A stretch of DNA of 64,000 nucleotides from NCBI RefSeq assembly GCF_018350175.1, contig NC_058368.1, positions 46,936,001 to 47,000,000 of the forward strand, given 5' to 3'. The stretch comes from Felis catus. Its lineage: Eukaryota. Within the stretch, counting starts at the first letter, position 1. The number at the start of each line of letters is the position of its first letter. Under the pieces are notes generated by a model that searched no databases, had not been told where the DNA came from, and worked only from the letters and a program-made list of their open reading frames with translations. Of this stretch, positions 51,071 to 64,000 are shown in pieces. The translations under genes were made by a program, and so were the position numbers.

Positions 51071-51729
51071 GTGTCCCATACAGGGCCACATGTCTCCAAG
51101 ATACCGCCAACATAGGGACACATCCCCATTGCTTACCAATGAAAGTAAGTTCCAAAGTCATGGGCAAGCTGCAGAAGTCTCCAGACTCTGATTCTACAGA
51201 CAGCTCAGAGCTGCAGGGAACCCCTGGGTTGGAAAACATTTATGATGACACAAGCAAGTAGGGTATGATGAAGGCCAAGTGGTGAAGGCGGGAAGTGGCA
51301 GTGATCTGCATGGCAGCTAATCACATTCAACAGAAGATACATGATCAACTCTCAAATCCCATAAGTCATGCAGGGCTGTGCATTCTCAAGTTAAAGTTCA
51401 AGGCTATTTGGGGAAAAAGCGTTCAGAGATGCTGGTCCTAAATTGAAAGTGCCCGCTCAGTTCCTCAACAACTCAAGTCCTACACTTGTCCTCAAAATTC
51501 TACAAACCACGAGCTTTGAAAGGGTTTCCCTCACTCGAAGGTGAGTAATCACTGTAAAAGGACCAGCATGGAATTAGGCAAAACAATTCACTTACCAAAA
51601 AAACCATGAGGTTTTTACTACAAATTAAAGTCACAGAGTGATTACCTAATGCCAGTGAAATAAGCCAGGGAGCAAAAGAACATTTTATACCATCTTCATT
51701 CTTCATGATTTCCGCAAAATTAAATAGGT

Positions 51730-51980
51730 AGCAAAGTGTAGTGGTTTAATACATGGACTTTCATCCAGACTCTGTGGTTTCCACCCTGATGTTGCTGTTT
51801 ATTGGCTGGGTGACCTGGCAAGTTGTTTATCATTTCTGTGTCTCGATTTCTTTATGGGCAACATGGAGAAGACAATACTACTAGCTACTTCATACGTTCT
51901 TGAAAAGAAAGATATCATTAAAGTGCATGATTACAAGGATGATTCAAGGGCATAGGAAAATACTTGGTAAATATTAAGTA
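51730..51980 (+). mobile_element. MIR SINE
   Basis: gtgtagtggttta...ggctgggtgacctggcaagttg...tctgtgtctcgatttc. Confidence 0.7.
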
Positions 51981-52109
51981 CAACTTCAATATAAGCATTT
52001 TCATTTATTTGGATCCAATGTGAAATGAAAGCTCAAAATAAAAATAAAGACTGAAAAAGAGAGCTTATGACAACATAAAGTGAAAATGGGGTCACAGAAT
52101 ATAGAAATC

Positions 52110-52151
52110 TTTTTTAAAGTTTATTTATTTATTTTGAGAGAGAGAGAGAGA

Positions 52152-52205
<54 letters not shown>

Positions 52206-52349
52206 GAAGGGCAGAGAAAGAGGGAGAGAGAGAACCCCAAGCAGGCTCCGTGCTGTCAGTGCACAGCCCAATGCCAGGCTCGATCCCGCTCATGACCAAG
52301 CCAAAGTCAAGAGTCGGACACTTAACTGACTGAGCCACCCAGGATCCCC
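52110..52349 (-). mobile_element. CAN-SINE with expanded (GA)n
   Basis: Head gactgagccacccaggatcccc; about 65 bp of GA repeat. Confidence 0.95.
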
Positions 52350-53529
52350 AAGAAAGAAATATCTTTTGAAAGGTGAACAAGCCATTGCAGAAATTATAAG
52401 CTGGCATGGTAAGTGCAGAAATGTTGAAAACAGGTAAAGTGGACCCTCATGGGCATTTGAAAGTAATTTTAAAAATCAAATAAATGTCTTAAATTTGTTA
52501 CAGGTAAAAGGCATTTAGGGTTTCTTTCATGTTATGTATATGCACTTATGGGGAAGTCATATGCTTTGGATCTTTTCACATTTCTTTAAACGCACACTTG
52601 AAGGCCTTTCTTTTCAATGTTAATAAGCTCTTTTCCTGAACCTCCATCAGTAAAATGAAGGAAGAGGAGAGCCAAGTCGTAATCAATCAGTGGAGACACT
52701 AAAATCATCACATTTTTAGGTCAATGCTTTCTCTTTTTCATCACTGGCAGCTTATTAATATGTTTAATTTTAACTTTACCTTTTCAACATAGATTAAAGA
52801 AATAAGTGAAATTAGTAGTTTTCATCTAAACACAATGTTTCTGATTAGTAAGAGGCATTGCTAAGTTAAAGAAAACACTTTCTGTCTGGAGGGACACAAC
52901 TGCCTTGAATGCAATTTATTTGTTATTTTTCCAACATCTCATAATGCGGTGTCATGTATTTTACTGATAACGTCTTATTTTGAGTTTTGCTTGAAAAGAT
53001 TACCTATTAATTATTAAAGTGGGGTAATAAAATTTTTAAAAAGGTTATGTTTGCCTGTTCTTTATACCATTTTTTACACCTATTTTTTTCACACGTGCAT
53101 TTTAATTTTTAGAACATTGTTTTATTTGTACTTTTCTATGGCATTACACAGTTAGTCTCAGATTCATATCTGAGTTTAAGAATTTTAAAAGACCATTAAG
53201 CTAGTTTCAATTCATTCTTAAAATGTGATGCTTTACCTTTTAAGCATTCTTACTTAAAACGTGAATAATGAAAAACCATCTATAATACAAATATCTTAAT
53301 TTTGGAAATAGTCCGTGACTGTTGTTTTCCAATAATGTGGCATACTCTGCTTCGTAATGTGTGGTGTGTGTTTGTGTGTTTACATGCACATACATGCTTG
53401 AAATTCAGAAACAACTGGGACCCCAAGGTGATTTTTGTCAAAAATACCTTTGAAAAGATTTGAAGGTTTGTTTTTAGCCACCAAAAGAGAATTCTGTTTT
53501 TCTATAAAGCATACTAAGTACCACACAAA

Positions 53530-54310
53530 TGAAGTTAAACATATTACCTGATTTTCAATATAATTAAGAAAAAATAAGGATACAACACATAAAACTCTTG
53601 AACATCCAGTGAATGAGTAAATAGCATTGAGTGTAAATAATGTTTATGGGGTCAGCTTACTCGGCTGCAAATCAAGAAAAGTTATATACTTAAACAGAGT
53701 CAACCATCAGTAAAGACTTTCTGGAGGGGGCAAGTTTGTTGGAGTTTGTGAATAAAAGTCAGGGAAGACATCCCTAGATCCTGTCTTCTTTCCAACTGGT
53801 GTTTGAATCAATGTGAGTAGGTAAGATCACCCAGCAGAGTGTGAACTGAAGGCAAATTGAGACGTTTGAATTGGAAGCAAAAGAAGCCAGTGAAGCAACC
53901 CAGGGGAGAGATACATTCTTTTAAAAACGGATGACATGGACACTATAGCAATTAAGGAGGGATAACTAGTGAAATGGGGCAAAACCGAGAAAAAGCAGTA
54001 CGTTGGACGAATAATGCTGGGGCAAAAAAACACTTGGAGCCAAGGGCAAACAGATTTTTAAAAAGGAACCAGTGATCAGCCTGTCAATGCTATAGAAAGT
54101 TCAAGGAGAGAAATTCACTCGCCAATGGATAATTTGGAGGACATTGGTGATCTTTACCAAAGTAAAGAACAATTGATGCTATTAGAAGCCATATTGCAGG
54201 GTGATCAGCACAAGTGATTAACAGTGAGTAAAACAGGGAAATAGAGACCGCTGTTACAAACTATTCTCTCTAGAAATCTGGCTGCAAATGGAAGGAAATA
54301 ACCAGGGTAT
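53530..54310 (-). mobile_element. L2 fragments
   Basis: gtgatcagcctgtcaatgctatagaaagttcaag...ggaggacattggtgatcttt. Confidence 0.6.
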
Positions 54311-55358
54311 GAGAATAGGTCACATGATCTTGGAGTAAACATTGGGTCACAATAAAAGTAATAACATTATTGTTTTCAGATACTCACAGGCTTTTCAGCA
54401 TTTTAGGAAGTCCCTGAAAATGTATCCTTTCCATTCATAACCCTAGTCCTTGAGCTATATGGAGTCCACCCTTGCCCCCAGCATGTGTATGCCAGACCAG
54501 TTCTCTCAGCTTGAACGGCACATGTTTTCTCTCCTACTTTGGTTCCTTTTGCTATCGCTGTTGTGTGGTGTCACCAGTTGCTTTTCATGTAAATGTACAA
54601 TGTGACTTAGGTCGTTGGTCTTCTCCTGCCTCATTTCTGATGTGTGCTCTCTTCTGCCATGTGTTTAATTTCTGCTCTAACAGCACCTTTCTGAAGTGCG
54701 GAAAAAATTTTTACCCTGTGTTATTCTATCTCTATTGCATAGACGGAGTAGCTTGGATGATTTTCCTGATACTATTATGACATTATTTAGTTTTTAATTT
54801 TTAATTTTATTTTAATTCCAGTGTAGTTAGCATGCAGTGTTATATTAGTATCAGGTGTACAATACAGTGATTCAACAATTCTATTCATTCCTCAGTGCTC
54901 ATCATGGTAAGTGTACTCTTCACGTGTAGTCATCAAGTGTACATCGAGTGCACTCATTACGATAAGTGTACTTTTAATCCCCACCACCTATTTCACGTCT
55001 TTCACCCCCCGCCCCTGTCTCCCCCTAGTAACTATCAGTTTGCTCTCTATAGTTTTTTGGTTTTTTGGTTTGTCTCCTTTTTTCTTTTTTCATGTGTTTT
55101 GTTCCTTAAATTCCACATATGAGAGAGATCATATGGTATTTGTCTTTCTCTGACTTGTTTGATTTAACATTATACTCTTTAGATTCATCCATGTTGTTGC
55201 AAATGGCAGGATTTCATTCTTTTTTATGGCTGAGTAATAGTCCATTATATACAATATATATTATATATATAAATTATATATTTATAATAAATTATGATAA
55301 TATATAATATAAATATATAATATAACATACAACATATAAAAATTATAATTATAAAGTG

Positions 55359-55389
<31 letters not shown>

Positions 55390-55810
55390 AACACCTCTCC
55401 TTTATTTATTCATCTATCAATGAATACTTGGGCTGCTTCCATAATTTACTATTGTAAATAATGCTGCAGTAAACATAGGGGTGCGTATATCTTTTCAAAT
55501 TAGTGTTTTTGCGTTCTTTGGGTAAACACCCAACAGTGGAATTACTGGATCATTTGGTAATCCTGTCTTAATTTTTTGAGGAAATTCCATTCTGTATTTC
55601 TCAGTGGCTGCAGCTGTTTGCATTCCTACCAGAAGTCCATGAGTATTCATTTTCTCCACATCCTCACCAACACTTATTGTTGTGGCTTTAATTTTAGCCA
55701 TTCTGACAGATGTGAGATGATATCTCACTGTGGTTTTGATTTGCATTTCCCTGATGATGACTGCTGTTGAGCATCTTTTCATGTCTATTGGCCATCTATA
55801 TGTCTTCTTT

Positions 55811-56026
55811 TTTTAAAAAATTTTTTAATGTTTATTTATTTTTGAGACAGAGAGAGACACAGCATGAACGGGGAGGGTCAGAGAGAGAGGGAGACACAGA
55901 ATCCAAAGCAGGCTCCAGGCTCTGAGCTGTCAGCACAGAGCGTGACGCGGGGCTCGAACACGGACCGTGAGATCATGACCTGAGCCAAAGTCAGACGCTT
56001 AACCGACTGAGCCACCCAGGCGCCCC
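55811..56026 (-). mobile_element. CAN-SINE inserted in the L1
   Basis: TSD tatgtcttcttt at 55799-55810 and 56029-56040. Confidence 0.95.
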
Positions 56027-58074
56027 TCTATGTCTTCTTTAAAGAAATGTCTGTTCATGTCTTCTGCCCATTTTTTAATTGGATTGTTTGTTTTTTGGGT
56101 ATGGAGTTGTATAAATTATTTATTATGGATACTAATCTTTATTGGATATACCATTTGCAAATATCTTCTCCCATTCAAACGGTTGTCTTTTAGTTTTGTT
56201 GATTGTTTTCTTTGCTGTGCAGAAATTTTTTATTCTGATGTAGTCTCAATAGTTTATTTTTGCTTTTGTTTCCCTTGCCTGAGGAGACATATCTAGGAAA
56301 ATGTTGCTACAGACTGTGTCAGGGAAATTACTGCCTGTGCTCTCTTCTAGGATTTTTATGGTTTCAGGTCTCACATTTAGGTTCTTAATCCATTTTGAGT
56401 TAATATTTTGCATATAGTGTAAGAAAGTGGTCTAGGTTCATTCTTGTGCAGGTAGCTGTCCAGTTTTCCAAACACCATTTGTGGAAGAGACTGTTTTTGT
56501 TTTTTCCCATTGCATATTCTTGCCTCTTTCATCAGAGATTATTTGACCATATAATCATGGGTTTATTTCTGGGCTCTCTATTCTGTTCTATTAATCTGTC
56601 TATTTTTGTGCCAGTGCCATACTGTTTTGATTACTAGAGCTTTGTAGTATACCTGGAGATTTGGGATTATGATACCTCTAATTTTGTTCTTCTTTTTCAA
56701 AGTTGCTTCAGCTAGTCAGCGTCTTTTGTGTTTCCATGTAAATTTTAGTAGAATTTGTTCTACTTCTGTGGAAACTTCAGTTGGTATTTTTATAGGGATT
56801 GCATTGAATCTGTAGATTGCATTAGGTACTTTGGACAGTTTTAACAATATTTCTTCTAACTCATGAGCATGGAATATCTTTCCATTTGTGTCATCTTCAA
56901 TTTCTTTCATCAGTATTTTCAGAGAATAAGACTTTCATCTCCTTGTTTACATTTATTCTTAGGTATTTTATTATTTTTGGTGCAACTGTAAATGGGATTG
57001 TTTTCTTAATCTCCTCTCTCTCTCTCTCTGCTATTTTATTATTAGTGTATAGAAATGCAACAGATTTCCTTATATTGTATTATTTCGTTTTTTTGTAGAG
57101 GCTTTAGGGTTTTCTATATATAGTATCATGTCATCTGCAAATAGTAAAAGTTTCACTTCTTCCTTACCAATTTGGATGCCTTTTATTTCCTTTTTTTATC
57201 TGATTTCTGTGGCTAGGATTTCCAGTACTATGTTGAATAAAAGTGGTGAGAGTGGGCATCCTTGTCTTAATCCTGATCCTGGGAGAAAAACTTTCAGCTT
57301 TTCACCATTAAGTATGACATTGACTATGGATTTTTCATATATGGCCTTTATTATGTTCAGGTATATTTCCTCGAAACCTACTATGTTGAGGGTTTTTATG
57401 ATGAATGAATGTTATAGTTTGTCAAATGCTTTTTATGCATCTATTAAAATGATCATATGATTTTTATCCTATCTCTTGTAAATGTGATGTATCATGTTGA
57501 TTGATCTGTGAACACTGAACCACCCTTGCATCCCAGGAGTAAATCCCACTTCATCATGTCAAATGTGGTTTTTTAAATGTATTATTGGATTTGTTTTGCG
57601 AATGTTTTGTTGAAGATATTTACATCTATGTTCATCACAGTTATTGGTCTGTTGTTCTCTGTATTTTGTGGTATGTTTATCTGGTTTTGGTATCAAGGTA
57701 ATACTGGCTTGATAGAATGAATTTAGAAGTTTCCCTTTCACTTTTATTTTTAAGACTAGTTTGATAAGATTAAGTATTAACTCTTAAAATGTTTGGTAGA
57801 GTTCACTTGTGAAGACTTCTGGTCCTGGATTTTTGTTTGGGAGGTGAGGGTTGATTACCGATTCAATTTCATTGCTGGTAATCAGTCTGTCCAAATTTTT
57901 ATTACGTCCTGATTTAGTTTGGTATGTTATATGTCTTTAGAAATTTATCTATTTCTTCTAGGTTGTCCATCCGATGACATATAATTTTTCATGGTGTTCT
58001 TTTACAATCCTTTGCATTTCTGGGGTGTCAGTTGTTATTTCCCCTCTTCCATTTCCTGATTTTATTTGAGCCTC

Positions 58075-58150
58075 TTTTTATTTTATTTTATTTTATTTTA
58101 TTTTATTTTATTTTATTTTATTTTATTTTATTTTATTTTATTTTTATTTT
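58075..58150. repeat. (TTTTA)n microsatellite within the L1
   Basis: Direct reading. Confidence 0.95.
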
Positions 58151-58459
58151 ATGGGTCTGGTTCAAGGCTTATGCCTTCTGTTGATCTTCTCAAAGAATTA
58201 GCTCCTGGTTTCATTCATCTGTTCTATTGTTTTTTTGTTTCCACTTCATTTATTTTTGCTCTTTTATTTCCTTCCTTCTACTGATTTGGGGTTTTTGTTT
58301 GTTTTTCCTTTTCTAGTTCCTCAGGTGTAAGATTAAGCTGTTTATTCAAAATTCTTTTCTTGCTTCTTGAGAAACTTCCCTTTTAGAACAGCTTCCCTTG
58401 CATCACAAAGATTTTGGACCATTGTGGTTTCATTTTCCTTTGTTTTCATGTATTTTTTT

Positions 58460-58663
58460 AAGTTTATTTATTTTGAGAGAGAGACAGAGAGAGACAGAGA
58501 CAGAAGGAGAGTGAGAGAGGGAAAAGCATGTGCTAGTTGGAGAGGGGCAGAGAAAAGGAGAGAGAATCCCAAAAAGGCTCCACATTGACATGAACCATGA
58601 GATCGTGGCCTGAGCCAAAATCAAGAGTCGGACACTTAACCAACTGAGCCATCCAGACACCCC
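58460..58663 (-). mobile_element. CAN-SINE inserted in the L1
   Basis: TSD core catgtattttttt on both sides. Confidence 0.9.
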
Positions 58664-60920
58664 ATGTGCCCATGTATTTTTTTAATTTCTTCTTTGATTT
58701 CTTGGTTGACCCATTTATTGTTTAGTAGCATGTTATTTAACTTACATGTACAGATTTTTTTCTTGTGGTTGATATCTAGTTTCATAGCATTGTGGTCAGG
58801 AAGGATGCTTGGTATGACTTCAATCTTTTTAAATTTGTTGAGACTTGTTTTGTGGCCTAATAAGTAATGTATTCTGGAGAGTGTTCCGTATATACTTGAA
58901 AGAATGTGTATTCTACTGTTCTAGGATAAAATGTTCTGAATATATCTGGTAGAGCCATCTGGACCATGACATGATCCAAAGCCAATGTTTCCTTGTTGAT
59001 TTTCTGTTTGGTTTATCTATCCATTGATGTCAGTGGGGTGTTAAGGTCCCCTACTATTATTGTATTACTATTGATTAGTTTATTTGTGTATTTGAGTGCT
59101 TTCATATTGGTTACATAAATATTTATAATTGTTATATCTTCTTGTTGGATTGTTCCCTTTTATGATTATATAATGTCCTTCTTTGTCTCTTATTACAACC
59201 TTTGTTTTAAAGTCTATTTTGTCTGGTATGAGTATTGCTACCCCAGCTTTCTTTTCACTTCTGTTTGCATGATTTTCTTTCCCTTCACTTTCAATCTGCA
59301 TGTATCTTTAGGTCTGAAATGAGTCTCTTTTAGGCAGCATTTAAATGGGTCTTGCTTTTTTTGTCCATTCTGTCACCCTGTGTCTTTTAATTGGAGCATT
59401 TAGTCCAATAACATTCAAAGTAATTATTGATAGGTATGTACTTATTGCCATTCTGTTACTTGTTTTATGTTTGTTTTTGTAGTTCTTCTCTGCTCCTTTC
59501 TTCTCTTGTTATTGTCTCACAGTTTTCTGGCTTTCTTTAGTGACATACTTGAATTATTTTCTCTCTCTTTTTTGCATATCTATTACTGGTTTTTGATTTG
59601 TGGTTGCCGTTAGATTTGTATATAACATCTTATGCACACAGCAGTGTATATTAAATTGGTAGTCACTTAAATTTTAGCCCATTTTCTCTCCCCCCCCCAT
59701 TTCAAGTAGATGGAATCATACATTAACATCCTTTTATTTTGTGAATCCCTTGACTAATTTTTATAGATATGCTTTCTTTTTTTTTTTTTTTACTGATTTT
59801 GTGTTGCCTACTTTTTTTACTCCTACTTATGGTCTTCCCTTTCTACTCAAAGAGTCTCTTTTAACTTATAGAGCTGGTTTAGTAGTCATGAATTCCTTCA
59901 AGTTTTGTCTGTGAAACTCTATCTCTATATTCTGAAGAATAACTTTGCTGGATGGAGTATTCTTAGTTACACGTTTTTTTTTTTTCCTTTCAGCACTTTG
60001 AATATAACATGCTACTCCCTTCTGGCCTGAAAAATTTCTGCTGAAAAATCAACTGATAGCCTATGGGGTTTCCCTTGTATGTAACTGTTCACCTTTGTCT
60101 TGCTGCTTTTAAATTTCTCTCTTTATCACTACTTTTTTGTCATTTCAATTACTATGTGTCTTGGTGTGGCCCTCCTGGGTTGATTTTGTTGGGGGCTCTC
60201 CTTCCCCCCTGGAGCGAGATTTTCATTTCCTTTCTCAGATTTGGGAAACTTTCAGCTATTATTTCTTCAAATAAACTTTCTTCCTGCCCCCTTTTTCTCT
60301 CTCTTCTCCTGCTGAGAATTCCATAATGCAAATGTTAATATACTTGATAATGTTACTGCATTTCCTAAGTGTAGGTTCATTTTTTATTGTTTTTTTTCTC
60401 TCTCTTGTTCATCTTGCTTGCTTTCCATTACTCTGTTTTTCAGGTCACTGATCCATTCTTCCACTTCCTCTACTCTACTATTTTTCCATCTAGTGCATTT
60501 TTAATTTCAGTTTTGAGTTCTTCACCTCTGATTGGTTCTTTTTTATGTTTTCTATCTCTTGGTTGAGCACCTCACCGAGGTCTTCCACTCTTGAGTTCTC
60601 AAGTCCAGTGAGTATCTTTATGACAATTACTTTAAATTCTTTATAAGCCATATTATTTATCTCCATTTCATTTATCTCTCTTGCTGTGCCTTTGTACTGT
60701 TCTTTCATTTGGGACATCATCTTCAGTCTCCTCATTTTGTGTAAATCTGTGTCTTTTTCTACATGTTAGGGAAGTCAGCTATGTCTCCTGCTATTGAAAG
60801 TGGTATTTTGAAGAAGAGGTCTTGTAGTGCCCTACAGTGTAATGTCCCCTGTTCATCAGAACCTGGGGTATCTCTTATGTGTGCTGCATGTGCCCTACTG
60901 TTGTGGCTGAGCTCCTTTTT

Positions 60921-61115
60921 TTAAAGTTTCTTTATTGAAGTTTATTTATTTTGAGAAAGAGAGAGTGCATGAGCAGGGGAGGGGCAGAGAGAGGAGAGAG
61001 AAAGAAACCCAAGTAGGCTCTGCACTGTCAGCCTGGAATTCATGAACCATGAGATCATGACCTGAGCCAAAACCAAGAGTCGGATGCTTAACTGACTGAG
61101 CCACCAAGGCACCCC
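60921..61115 (-). mobile_element. CAN-SINE inserted in the L1 5' UTR
   Basis: TSD tggctgagct(c/t)cttttt. Confidence 0.93.
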
Positions 61116-62646
61116 ATGGCTGAGCTTCTTTTACCTTTAGTTCAGTTCTCTTCAATGGCTTTTTTACCTCTTGTGGGCAGAGTTTGGTCCCTCTGATATT
61201 AGTGAGCTTGTCTGGGCCACCTTGGGCTTGAGTTTGAATCAGACCAGGTGTTTGCCAGAGATGCAATAGCACCAAAATGCAGAATCTTTCCCCTATGTTG
61301 TCTCCTAGGAAATTTTTTTGATTGGGTGGACCTTGCCTTCAGACCAGATGTCTGTCCCCAGCCCACTGCTAGGGCTGCACTAGGACTGGTGTGTGTAGTT
61401 ATGTTCCTTTCTCCCCAGGGAAGGAATCACTTTGGAGTGAGGCTGGCTCCTGTCAGCGCTGCTTGCACACTGCTTGACTTGTGATACTGCTTTGGATGGA
61501 CTCCAGCCAAGGGCATAGAGGGGTAGGTCCACAGGAGAGCACAGGGGCAGGGCATGCAGTGTTAGCAATGTTTGCACAGGTCTGTGGCAGGAGGAGACCA
61601 GCAGCTGCCTGAGAAAACTCCCACAGAGACCAGCCAGGTTGGAGGGGGTGGGGAGATCAGCAGAAGTGTGTGTGGGCAGGGCACACGTTAGCAAGCTAGG
61701 TGGAGGGGATTGCTGTTGTGCTGGTTTCTGCAGGTGTTCATGTATTTAGGCTGGATGGCAGGGGAGAGAAATTCCTGCCAGCTCTTTTATTCTCAGATAA
61801 GTCTCCCAATGATCTCTTCCCCTCCAACACATGCTCTGAGATTAGTAAACACATCTCCATCCTATACCCCAGTCATTTTTCAAACCACTGTTTCTATGCT
61901 GTATCTCCAGGGGGCTATTTGTTGTGCTTTCTCTTTAAGGGTGGAGACTGTTTCCTCTTGCCCTCCTTGTGCTCCAAGAGCTGAGCCCCCTGATTCTTAA
62001 AGTTCCAGGAGTTAAGCCCTGCTGATTTTAAGAAGTAGCAAATTTAAGTCCCTCTGGTTTTCAGAGCCAAGTGTTATGGGGATTCATCTTCCCCATGTGA
62101 GTTCCCTGTGACTGAGGTGCCTAGTGTGAGGGTGTATTTTTCTCTCCTCTCAGCATTCACAGTGTCCCTCCCTTCCATGGACCATCTGTTTAGTTCCCAG
62201 TCACATCCCTGCCCTTCCTACCTTCCTTGATGTGGCCTCTTCTCTAAATTTAGCTATAGATAGTCTGTTCTGCCAGGCTTTGAGTTATTTTCTAGGTTGT
62301 TTACACTGACGTGGGTGTTACCTAGTTGTATCCATGGGATGAAGTGGTTTAAGATCCTCCTATTCTGCCATCTTCCCCAGAAGTCCCCTACTGTTACATC
62401 ATTTTTAACCTCTTCTCGTCTAAGTTCTCAGGCAAAAGATGTTGGAGTAAATAGAGTCACAAAACAGTCCGAGAAGCACATACTGATGCAGTATGTGTGG
62501 AACAGAGAAACTTGGGTAAGCAAATTAGAAGTAATTCCATGGCCTATCAGAGCACAGAGTAAGAAGCAAATTGAAAATGGCTGGGGACAGATGGATTGAG
62601 AACATTTATGCATTTCTTGGGTTTTGTTTAAAAAAAGCATTATGTT

Positions 62647-62844
62647 GGGACAGCAGGGTGGCTCAGTAGGTTAAGCATCAGACTCTTGGTTTCGGCTCAG
62701 ATTATGATCTCATGGTTCGTGGGTTGGAGACACATGTTGGGCTCTGTGCTGGCAGTGCAGAGCCTGCTTAGGATTCTCTCCCACTCTTTCTTGGCCCTTC
62801 CCCTGCTCTCACTCTCTCTCTCAAAACGAATAAACTTAAAAAAA
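62647..62844 (+). mobile_element. CAN-SINE (SINEC)
   Basis: Head gggtggctcagtaggttaagc, (CT)n, A tail. Confidence 0.9.
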
Positions 62845-64000
62845 GAGAGAGTGGTATTTTGAATGTGTATTGCTTTGGGAGGAGAATTAGGAAGAAGAGA
62901 TTTTTCTCAATAAGTCCCTGTATTGCCTAACACACTGTAGTGAGTAGATACTCAATTTGTGTTTGGAGGCCAATTTACCCTAAAAGACCCAAATATTATA
63001 CTGACTGAATGAGCAAATTAAAGTACAAATAATTAAATATCTAGCTAATAAAGTTACATCAAATAAATCAAAGTTTACAAGTCCCAAACACTTCAGAAGA
63101 ATTTCAGAGTCACTACTACTTGACAGGCTAAAACAATATCAGTTCATTCTCATTAAAATACTGAAATCAAATCTTGTTAGCTTTTTTAATAACATGAAAT
63201 TAAATGTTTACTTTTCGGAATTTGTTGTTATTACTCACTAAAGAAAATTAACTGTTCCATTATTTATCATTAGTGGCACATTTATGCAATGTGACTAGTT
63301 GACATGTTTTGTTTTTCATCTTTGAAAGATTAACAATGAATAAGACTTCTTTCGATCAATAGACCCTTATATTTATATGTGAAATGGTCCACAGAATCTA
63401 ATTTATGCTATTCTTGAATGAACATTACTTAGCACTTTCTTCCTAAAACCTTTTTATATTCTTATAAAATTCTTATCCAGATGATTTATTCTTTGCTGAT
63501 TAAAAATGAAGACGACCATAAGTTTATTAATTGTTAGATTTATATCTGCAACCTGAAAGTGAGTGAATCAAATGTAAATTCCATGTCATATGCAAATGTA
63601 AAATAGATTTATATAATCTAACAAATTTACCAACGAAACTTAATGGTATGCACTAAAAATTATTTTGCAGCACACACAACATAAAATTTACATTGTAAAC
63701 CAAGGTACTACCTGCAACTCATATATGCATAGGAACATGTCTGTAGCCACCAAGCCACTCGAATCCTCCCATTACATATATAGGGTTTTGCAGTACGGAG
63801 AAAGCACTGCAATTTCCCTGAATGAAAATTCTTAACTTTAAAACACAAAAACAAACCAAATTCTATCACAGACAAAAGCTTAAGAGCGAGAAGCCCTAAT
63901 GGTCACCAAGCTTGCACAAAATTCAAATATTGCGTGGATACACACATCCTCTGGATTACGCAATGCGGTAATCATGCTAGTATTATAGTACATGACGGCC

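Larger units (their letters stand above)
54790..62388 (-). mobile_element. Full-length but decayed carnivore LINE-1
   Basis: 5' end ggggacttctggggaagatggc (YY1 motif). ORF1 remnant at 60490-60735 (EINEMEINNMAYKEFK). EN at 59080-59301 (KKAGVAILIPDKIDFK). RT at 57559-57741 (NSFYQASITLIPKPDK). C-terminus at 55495-55782 (REMQIKTTVRYHLT). 3' UTR and tail near 54790. Many stops and frameshifts. Confidence 0.95.

Noticed and set aside
55495..60735. L1 ORF1/ORF2 fragments as functional CDS or a novel reverse-transcriptase system
   Set aside because: Fragmented by stops, frameshifts and SINE insertions; an ordinary dead LINE-1.

Overview
AT-rich mammalian genomic DNA, almost certainly from a felid: it carries about 24 carnivore tRNA-derived CAN-SINEs, two of them young feline-type copies with intact CpGs. 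Much of the window is interspersed repeat: CAN-SINEs (three nested pairs, one inverted pair), MIR, L2, old L1 fragments, a decayed full-length carnivore L1 (54790-62388, minus), MaLR/ERVL LTRs and internal sequence, and two Tigger DNA-transposon relics. I recognised no protein-coding gene by homology, and nearly all listed ORFs are repeat-derived or chance. The main non-repeat signal is a chain of minus-strand candidate exons with good splice sites: 40195-40472, 13692-13854, 1398-1526 and a terminal exon starting near 1030 with AATAAA signals. This looks like the 3' part of an unidentified spliced transcript, either a lncRNA or a small protein gene with a frame-breaking cassette exon. Other oddities are a 194-bp dispersed duplication and a compound hairpin. 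No prokaryotic-type system, CRISPR array, rRNA or true tRNA gene was seen. Repeat subfamily names are from memory of consensus sequences, and many boundaries are approximate.
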